This document shows positions 24,201 through 33,246 of a stretch of DNA of 64,000 nt, piece after piece. Both the position numbers and the translations under genes were made by a program. Origin of the DNA: Phoronis australis (lineage: Eukaryota > Animalia > Phoronida); the NCBI GenBank assembly GCA_002633005.1, contig NMRA01000811.1:1-64000 (forward strand). Reading direction: 5' to 3'. Under the pieces are notes generated by a model. The model saw nothing but the letters and a program-made list of their open reading frames with translations, was not told where the DNA came from and ran no database searches. Within the stretch, counting starts at the first letter, position 1. Every line of letters starts with the position of its first letter.

Positions 24201-26022
24201 TAATAAATTTTGCCATTATCCCTGGCATGACTATTGTATTCTTAATAATAAAGGTCAGTGCATCACTATTAAGTATTCTAAACTACTCTTTTTATAGAGC
24301 GGATCACACAGAGACAGTTGAAATTGAGTTTGACCCCTCACAGACGAGCTATCAGAAATTACTGGATCTTTTCTGGAAGAACCACAACTCCACACAATGT
24401 ATGTCACGTCAGTACATGTCGGCCATCTTTTATCATGATGACGAACAGAAGAAACTAGCGGAGGAGAGTATGAAATCGGAACAGAGAAAGAAGGCAAAGA
24501 CTATTGTAACCAAAATTCTGCCAGCAAAGACGTTCTATGATGCTGAAGAGTAAGTTTTCCACATAATGAGTTGCCAATGATTTCCTTTAACGATAATTTG
24601 ATGTCACTTAGGGGTTTAAAATGTTGTTATCATTATTATAAAAGTGGTTATTCTGTGTATTTTATATGTTTTAAGTTTGGGGAATTTCCCCCTTGATACA
24701 CAATGTGTATGACCTTGTTGGAGGGGATTTTGTCATCACTCCGACCTCTAAACCCTGAGTAAAGTTTGTCATGCTGCTTTGATGTGTCAGAGATTTCCTC
24801 TGATTTGATTTTCAGTTTCCTCTTTTTCCATCTCCTTTTTATCATGATTTTGACTATTCATCCAAAAAAATGTTTCTCGCAGTTACTGTTTAGAATAAAA
24901 AAACATTTCTGTCATATAAACCTGTTTATGTGTAAAATGATATGTCACCTGTTAAAGTTTCCTCATTTTTGTCGTTGGTCATTACAGTTCTTGCAGAACC
25001 CATTTTACACGCTTGTATATTCATTTTCCAGTTATCACCAAAAGTATCTACTTCGTCAACATAAGGGCTTGCTTAAAAGTCTGGATCTTTCTGACCAGGA
25101 ACTAATCAGGTCTCATGTAGCTGCTCGACTTAACGGTTACATGGGGGGTTATGCCTCCATTCAAATGTTCGAGGAGGTTTGTATTCAACATTTTGCTGTT
25201 TGAGGGTCTGGTTTAATTTGTCCTATTTTGAGAATTCTTCAATTTAGTACTCAATATGGCGGACAGGTGTAATTTCATTTTGTCAAATTCTCAACAAATG
25301 TAACTTTCCAAGAAAATTTACTTTTTAAGCATTGTTTGTATGGTGTACCTACCTATTACCAATCAACATATGGTAAAATTTGGTAAGCCTCTGAAAAATT
25401 GAAATGTCGCAATTTTACCTGGTCGCAAATTGAAGAATTTTTACCGTAAGTGTTCTATAACATAGTAAAATGAGATAACAGGGACGTGTTCCGTGGATGC
25501 AAGACGTGAGCTTGGCAAGGTCGAATAATGTCACGCAAGACTTGATAAGGAAAGGGCTAGACCAAATACTTCTTTATTAGTTACGGACCTCACCTACACT
25601 AGCAATATGATGGCTGGTTAAGTGATTGGGCAGTGAGGCTAGAATGTTAAATTACTTGTTTTGCGAGTGTCTTGCGTTTGCGGATCACATCCCAGGTTTA
25701 ACCCACTTAAAGCGGCATTCTGCAAGAAAAGACATTTTATTGATATTAGCATCCTTTGGTAGTTTATTGCCTAATTTAAGGTCAAGATCAAGGTCATAAA
25801 TCAACCAAACCAGGATAAATATCTAAATTATGAAGACTGAGGAGGAAATTGATTCTGAAGCAATCAATTAATGCCATTTGGTCTGAGGTCTAAACTTAAG
25901 TATGCTAACATGCTGTATAAAAACTCTGAACTTGTTTCCATACGGATTCAATTTCATTTCAGGAAAGTAAGAAACTTGGGTTAAACGATGAACAGATCCA
26001 GTATGTGAAGAGTCATCTTTAA
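21228..26022 (+). CDS. MSRA: Selenocysteine-containing peptide methionine sulfoxide reductase A (Drosophila Eip71CD-like subtype)
   Basis: Exon 1 is 21228-21287 (or 21304-21324), then 23911-24083 (duplicate 22403-22575), 24298-24549 (duplicate 22750-23001), 25032-25176, 25963-26022. Protein: KKATLALS-U(TGA 23980-23982)-FWFPEAQFGCAPGVIRTRVGFTGGSTEFPTYHNLADHTETVEIEFDPSQTSYQKLLDLFWKNHN...RQYMSAIFYHDDEQ...FYDAEDYHQKY...HVAARLNGYMGG...YVKSHL*. 204 aa from the internal ATG at 23926. SECIS in the 3' UTR. Confidence 0.93.
21713..22132. mobile_element. Non-autonomous DNA transposon with TGT...ACA ends (Ginger-like)
   Basis: Perfect 22-bp TIRs tgttgcagcccaaactgatgcc / ggcatcagtttgggctgcaaca. 5-bp direct repeat GAGAC on both sides. 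Confidence 0.85.
22360..23018 (+). repeat. Second near-identical copy of MsrA exons 2-3 (probable uncollapsed haplotype)
   Basis: Matches 23868-24567 with a few substitutions and one ~40-bp intronic indel. Keeps the TGA (22472-22474). Separated from the other copy by the N gap. Confidence 0.9.
23474..23634. other. Assembly gap (N run)
   Basis: 161 Ns. Confidence 1.
23635..23871. mobile_element. Right end of a piggyBac-like insertion
   Basis: Ends ...ATAAGGG|TTAA (TTAA 23868-23871) exactly where homology to the other MsrA copy begins. That copy has a single TTAA at 22360-22363. Confidence 0.55.
23990..24022 (+). promoter_or_regulatory. Stem-loop 7 nt 3' of the Sec UGA (Sec redefinition element-like)
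   Basis: TTCCCGAGGCACAG-TTTGG-CTGTGCCCCGGGAG, 13 of 14 positions paired. Identical at 22482-22514. Confidence 0.6.
25481..25693. mobile_element. MITE-like element in MsrA intron 4
   Basis: Imperfect ~25-bp TIRs gggacgtgttccgtggatgcaagac / gtcttgcgtttgcggatcacatccc. Confidence 0.6.
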
Positions 26023-26242
26023 TGAATTGCGCACATGGAACACTAGTTTGTGGCAATGCTAATACAAGACTATCAACTTCAAGCATGGAAATACAGTTTA
26101 CATTCTTGTTGAATGTAGACCCATGATGGAGATACTAGGCTTTGCATTATACAGAAAAACTTTTTAATTAATCTGTGTGGTCAGTGTGTCTATATCTTGC
26201 ACATAAAAGTCATTTGAAGCAATCTATTTATTTCTCCCACCC

Positions 26243-26348
26243 GTTACTGCCTCTGTTGTTGTTGGACCCTGCGTATGACGTGAGAGGTCAACTCAGTTGT
26301 TTGAAGCCTCATCACCGAGTTTATAGGACTATCAGTGACACCAGTAAC
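26243..26348 (+). promoter_or_regulatory. Eukaryotic SECIS element, type II, in MsrA 3' UTR
   Basis: ATGA (26275-26278), N11, AA (26290-26291), N25, GA (26317-26318). Helix II GTGA.GAGGT/GCCTC(a)TCAC, apical ministem TCA/TGA, lower helices CCTG/TAGG, GTTGTT/AGTGAC and GTTACTG/CAGTAAC. Confidence 0.85.
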
Positions 26349-26361
26349 CTTGGAGGGACTA

Positions 26362-26367
26362 AATAAA
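26362..26367 (+). terminator. Polyadenylation signal candidate for MsrA (another at 26492-26497)
   Basis: AATAAA just 3' of the SECIS stem. Confidence 0.5.
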
Positions 26368-28132
26368 TGGATTGTGCTCTCTAGATGTGGAGGTTGTAAT
26401 ATTTATTACCAGTTATGAACTGTGTTATGGAGAAGTTGTCGAAAGCAAAATGATACCTCATTTTTTATTTTCTTCCCACAAGATACAATCTAATAAATAA
26501 TGAGTAAATAAACAATTTTTATGATTTTCTGGTGTTTACAAAGATCGATTACTGTACTGTATGAGAAATAGTCCCATCCCAAACTGTACTCTCCCTGTTA
26601 ATTTTTGAAAGTGAGTCAAGATGGACTAGAATGATATTGAGGTGCACCAATGAAGTTCAGTACAAACCAAAAGTTTTCATACAAAATGATCTGGAATTTT
26701 GCGTCGTGACGACTGAGCAGAAGCTAAATTCTTTGTCAGAACGAGTCTCCCTCATGACCACGAATGGGTATTAACAGGAAAATTAAGGTAGCTAATCTAT
26801 TTTGTAATAATTTTGTTCCCATTACAGTTATTTCTAGTGATTTTTTTGGTGTTAACGGAATCCGACATCATGACGGGGAAACAGTAATTTGTCTGATAAC
26901 TTTTTTCTTTTACTGTAGCTGGGCTTTGTTCTATAGAGGCAAGAATCTCTAGAGTAAAGTTAGTGAAGTCATTAAGCTTTGCTTGCAATTCATGGCAATA
27001 TCTTGCAGTCTCTCGTAGTCTGGCTTTTCTCACAAGAAAGTTGGTCTACAGTCCACATCTCTGGTTATGTGCCCGACATGTGCAGCAACGGGCAATAGCC
27101 ACTTATGGGGTCCGGATTTTGAGCACCAGTCAGATGCCTTTTATTTAATGGAGAAAACTGGTTCTCAGAATGTGGGACCCCTGTATGTGACTCCTAGTGA
27201 TTCACTGTGGGCAAATATGGCTAAGTTAAAGTGTGACACTACAGTATGGGATGGAGTTATTCTCTTGGCATAACGAAGCTCTACCACCCACTAGTCTACA
27301 ATTATTGTAAGTTACAAAGGCAAGAGTAGGTCATTAATCCTCCATTCCAGACATGGACTAAGACACTAATGCTTCACCTGTTTCACACACAATACATCGG
27401 ACAAGTGAATTTTTTGTGAAATCCTCTGCAGCCTATTGATGGCTTCGTGTGATCTGTATTACATTAAGATGTCATGAAGCAACATCAGTCATAATTTTGA
27501 TTATTTATAGTGAGGTAATCAGCCTTCAAAAATAGAAAAACAACGATTTTGGTCATTATTCTTGTGCCAAACAAAATGAGAATTACTGTATTGATCCACA
27601 TCTTTACAAAAATTTTCAACAAGAACACCGAGGCAAATCAACTCAAAAGATCTCCATCATGATAGTTTACTTATCTGATACATTGAGTACCAACGCCAAG
27701 GTTTATCCCAATAGGAATCCCACTTGGCTAGTATTTTGCTGGAGAAACTTGACACCTCAGATATTTACTGTGTGGAATTGAGTGAGGCACAGCACCATAC
27801 TACAGTCAAAGGTTATCATAGAATCTCTTCAATTTAGGTCACAATGTGGCAAACAAGTGAATTATTTTTCCTAGAAGACAAGAAACACCAAATAAAAGCT
27901 AGGGTATCAGTTTTAAAAGTCTATACCATAGCTACCACCTCACAATGATTCTGAGAAAATGTGGCCATTCACAGCAGTGTTAGAAGCTTTTGAAAAACAA
28001 AAAACACCAATTATGGCAATTATGTTTGTCCGAAGTTGGTGAGATTTTACCGTTCATGACTCAGAATGGCTCATGTGGTTGCAGGAGAAAACTTGAGATG
28101 TGCTCTCAGTAACCTCAGAGAGTATGCTTTGA

Positions 28133-30932
28133 TTAATCTTCTTTAAATACGAAGTTTATGACATCTCTTTCTTCCTGGTTAACTTCAGGATGCCACAGGT
28201 CCACCATAAACACCGCGCGTGGTTCACTGTCTTCTTTCAAGTGGTCATATCTGACCTCATGAAGATAAGAATCGTCAAATATTAAGCACTGTCCTTCAGA
28301 CCATACGCACTCTTTCCCTTCAACTATTAAACAGCAATTCTCTGGAACCTGAAGTCCTGCAAAATAGTTTAATTGTTTTTATTTTTTATTTACATAACAG
28401 GCATGCAATTTCATTAAATATAAATTCAGTTTGAAAACTGAGAGCTAAAGTCCATGGATACTCAAGAAACAAGTAGGTACATTTAAATGGGCCCAAAAAA
28501 AAAACAAACTGACACTATGGGATATGCCATAGCGATTGGAATTCATCAAAAATACACAACAGCCTCCTTGAATGAATTATATGTATGAAATTTTTTGAAG
28601 ATTCATCTGATATTTGACAGATATTGAAACGGGTACAAACAATTACTAAAATTGTCACATGGGGTCACCTCAGTTGATCAGTGTGAAAAACAACTATCAG
28701 CAATGCTCTATTCGATAGCACCTCATCTGCCATCAAAAATAATTATTTTTGTCCAAATCTGGGGGAAATGGTCCCCAACCCCTGACAAAAATGCAGCAAT
28801 TAGGGTTATGACACGGAGTAATTACTTGAACAATTACAAGAAATATTGATGTGCATTTGTTAAAGAAATTACAAGCAAGATCAGAAACATGAACAAAGTT
28901 TAAATTGATCTGTACCTGTAGCCCTAATCCTGCTACTTTTTAGACAAAACAATCAGGGCTTGGAATTTTCCGCGGAAATGCGGATTTCCGGTTTTTTCAA
29001 ATGTGCTTTCCGCTTTTTTTATAATATTTCCGCGTAAAAAATCGGATTTGATATAAAATTTCCGTGGCAACTTCTTTTCTTACCGCGGCGTCGCAGACAA
29101 CGTTCACCTCGAAAAGCGGAAGTTGCTCTTTATGTTTCGGAGGAACGTAAATTGTCAACATTGCCGGGGCATCTGGGACAGCGTGGTGGGAGATATTCAA
29201 TGGCGTCTCGTCTTATTGTTAAGTGCGGCGACAAATACTACCGCTCTGCAGCCAAAAATGTGTGGGTTGGGAGTGGACGGGCGTGCTGAAAGGACGCAGA
29301 TGCATGCTACTGATGGTCCTCCCGATTTTTGTCGGGGAAAGGTTCACATTGACCATTTCAAGGCTGGTTATCGGGCATGATTTGGGCCGTAAAAGTTTCA
29401 AAGTTTCCGCGTTTTTTGTCATTGGTCATCCCAAGCCCTGAACAATTCAGTGATGCGCAAAATGGATCTCCACAAGCACGGGCTTATTTTTTAGGAATTT
29501 AGAGTTGGGTGTTTACTGGCAGTGCAGATTGTTAATGGATCTCCACAAGCACGGGCTTATTTTTTAGGAATTTAGAGTTGGGTGTTTACTGGCAGTGCAG
29601 ATTGTTACGCAGATATCAGCTACTATACATGGAATAGCCAAAAACAGACTATTCACTGTCAGTGATTCCCACGTAAATGAATTCCATGGATTTAGGTAGA
29701 TGAATTTTTGCATCACTGGGTGTTCAGTATGATCATGGTTGAGCAAAAATCACACATGTAAAAAGTTGGTGTGCGTATAACTGAGCACGGGACTTAAGAC
29801 CCAAATGGTGAAAATTAAAAAATTCGGGGTGTACACTTACCGAATGTGAGCATCCACTTGGACAAGTAAGGTATTATCGTTATTAATGTTATTATTATCA
29901 TTGTTACCAGGAATTTCTGAAAATAGGCCCATGGCTGGGTATTTGGAAAACCGTGACTAATTCCGAAAATGTCAAATGAAACTGAAAATACGCCGGGGCA
30001 TATTTTCGGAAAAGGGTGTTTTTTTCAGAAAATGTGTCATTAAAACTGTCCTTTGTAGTGTCCTAATACGGTTAGTTACCAGCAAGTCACCCAACATCTT
30101 GTTAAATGATAGTCATTTAAGGGATCCTAAAACATAATGTCTTGTCAAAATAAACAAAATTTTATACATCAAAGTAAATTTCTGGGCAATCCATCAGATT
30201 TTCAAAATATGCAAACAGTTACGGAAAATACACCCATTGGGCGTACTTTTGGGAGGGGGCCTACTTTAGCAAATTCCCGGTATCATTCTAAAAACAATTA
30301 CCCAGATGACAGCGTAAGCGCAGATTAGTTGGACCGTAGTGTGGGGTTATATGTGTTCCAGGGTAGATCACTGAAAATGAGGCATTTCCAAACACACTGT
30401 TCTTCATCCATGCTGGACACTGCTGAAGCGCTAGTAGAGTGTTAGGACATCTTCTACAGCTGTCCTCAATCACTCTTCCCTGATTCACAAGATGAAAGAC
30501 ACACCACATTCCTTGGGGTGTTGAATTTGTGACCCAGCCCTCCACTTTTCCCTTCTGTAAGTCATCGTAAATCGACCAAAATTCTTTTAGTATTGCGGGA
30601 TGGCTTAAAATCAGGTTGTCACTGTCTTGAGCAAAGTCTGAGTTCTTCCAAACACTTTTTGCTGACAGATCTCTGAGATAAAATACATTGGGGTGCTGGT
30701 GAGTGTTATCACCTGTCTTTAAATCTGCCATCACCGATTCTTGATCCTCCACAGAAGACATAAATCTCTCACTGACATCAGTATCCGGGTACACTCCCAT
30801 GAACTCGGCCAATTTACAAGGCACTGCTTCGATAAGCTTTCTGTATTTATTACATCTGACACAGTCTGGAGAATTACAGCTTTCGTAAGATTCCTGTGTC
30901 TGCGGAGCAACGTGCGGGAATAGATTTCCCAT
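28133..30932 (-). CDS. ASPHD2: Aspartate beta-hydroxylase domain-containing protein (ASPHD2-like 2OG-Fe(II) dioxygenase)
   Basis: Exons 30946-30302 (ATG 30932) and 28356-28133. Motifs [87 protein letters not shown]. Probable 5' exons at 31242-31175 and ending at 32669. Confidence 0.9.
28954..29440. mobile_element. Non-autonomous hAT-like element with 6-bp TSD
   Basis: TIRs CAGGGCTTGGAAT / ATCCCAAGCCCTG, flanked by AACAAT on both sides. Confidence 0.8.
29462..29606. repeat. Exact tandem duplication of a ~73-bp unit
   Basis: atggatctccacaagcacggg...ggcagtgcagattgtta occurs twice head-to-tail. Confidence 0.9.
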
Positions 30933-32668
30933 GTCTGTGGTGTGATCTATAACAGAAAAGAACATTCAGCATTGATACATCGTATGTCTGTAAAGGGAAA
31001 GTTGCAGTCAAAGAAGAGGTTGAAAAAGGTTACGCACAATTTATTATCATTATCACATTGCTTCAAACATCACTCCGCATACAGAGATGGTGATTTTCAG
31101 TGTAAGATTCCTCATGCATGATTCACTACGTGCTCATGACTCGTCATTTGAATCTTAAAGCAGCAAAAACTTACACATGACTGGACATGTTAGATTTTGA
31201 TTAAGTTTTATTGTAAGAGGACCGTAGAGTTGTGTCGATCACTGAAAAGGAAACTGTGTTTCATTTGCCAAATTTTTACCTAGGATTGTTCACTGGCTGT
31301 TTTGATGTTCAGTCAATACACAACAGATAGCTTTCTGGCTACATTACTAACCGGCAGTAACAACAGCCACAATACATTGCCTCTGGATGCTGTATGCATG
31401 CACAGGCAATCATTACCCTTTAAAACAGGTTCCATCATCACAACCAGGTCTTATCACATTAATTCAATCAGGCTCAACTTCTACTGTAAGTTTGTGATTC
31501 CGTATAATTAACTGATAAGCCATGCTAAGGACTGCTTTCCAAGGAATTGCTTTCAACTTTTCTAACTAGATATGATCTGATAATAAACAGTAATTACCCT
31601 CAGGCTATGTGACCTTGAGTGAATAGTCATTCCCACAAGTGAGAGTGGATTGTGGATAAAACCAGTTGAGCTGACCAGGTGACATTTCAAAGAAATCACC
31701 AAATTGGTTATCCTCATCTCATTTACAGCACGGAAATCCTGTAATGGAACCTACTTTTTGATTGATAAATAAAGTATACTAAACGATGGAAACAGTTTTA
31801 ATATCTATTCTATATATTCACATATAACTGCATGGGTTAATCACAGTCTGGCTTAGCCTGGCTCGCTACTAGGGTTTTGAGGTAACAGAACCCCAAATGT
31901 TAGCGTAGGAGATGTTTCATGTGTTACGCACCCGTGCTGCTGGATGAGCATTCGGATATCACTGATCAGCTGTGTCGTTATCAGTTTGACAGTGATAGCA
32001 AAGGGAGAAAGTTGACAATGAGACCAATGATTACATAGTCTAGTTCTCTCATTGTTTGCATTCATCTGATAAGCTCACATACTCCAGCAATTATGTTGTA
32101 AACAGCGCAAGTGACGTTTATCGATATTTAAAAATACTATTTCCAAACGACGTTAAACGAATGTCGTGAAGCAGATTTCTTTTTGAACACCAAAAAACTT
32201 CAAACAAAGAAAACGGTTGACTTTCACCAACACAATAGGCTTGTTTGTCAAGTTTAATTGAACATCATACTAGATAGATCTGATTGTGATCTTGGAAGTT
32301 TCTTGGTTTTAACAGTCCAGGGCCGGGGAATGGTAAATCTGAACTTGTTGGGCTTTTTGGTTTTTGACACCTTCCAGCGATAACTACCGGCTGGCAAGTT
32401 TACCATGAGGATTACCAAAGCTGCCCTAAGGCTAGCATTGTGACAGCTGTGCTGGCCCAGTTCAGACTAAACTTAGTTAAACCCACCCAAACTCGACAAA
32501 GATCGAAAGACAAATTTCATACCTAACCCAAAGAATCGGTAGAATTTTTCCACTCAAACATGCCAATTCGGAATAACTGTTTCATAAGACCGAGGGTATG
32601 CAGTATATGAGCTCCAGGCGACTTTTCTTGTCTTGTAACTCATAAATATTAGCACTCATTTGACGTAC

Positions 32669-33246
32669 CGTGTTCCTCTCTCTCGCCCTGACTTCCAGAC
32701 TTCCACGCGGAAGTTAGAAGACGATAGGAAGTAAAGGTTATCGTAAACAGTGAAAGACACGCATGCGGACAGGTGCCCTTCAGACAGTTTCCAGTTTGTT
32801 ATAATTAATAAAACGGAAAATTGCCTCCAAATATTTCACTGTCAAATGATTTGCCAGAACAAAGGTCAAATTTGATAACTTACTGAGGTGGACACAGTGG
32901 CAGTAGATAGCATCTCTTTAGCGGGACATAGCAACAAAATGGCGGACGAAAACAACACTACTTTTTATGTGTTACTACACTAGACTAACTTTTAGTTATT
33001 GAAACACTCTAAACTTAGTATCATCCAAAATAAGAGATTCAACCTATAAAAAAACATAGTTTTATATTGATTTACGCTAATTTTGGGTAGTTTTGTTTGA
33101 TTTCTAAGTACTGCAATCTAGGAACTATTTTGCAAGGTTTTCTCGGGTAAGAAGTAAAGTGGTGTAAGAGCGGTGCAGACTGTGATTTCAGTTGGAGCAG
33201 GAAATTTTTATAAATCAACGAATATGCACCGATTGTGAAAACCAGA
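32669..33246. promoter_or_regulatory. Divergent promoter region ASPHD2-like / DNAH10
   Basis: ETS-like CGGAAG near 32708, NRF1-like ACGCATGCGG near 32759, RFX X-box-like GGGACATAGCAAC at 32923-32935 followed by YY1-like AAAATGGCGG. Confidence 0.55.
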
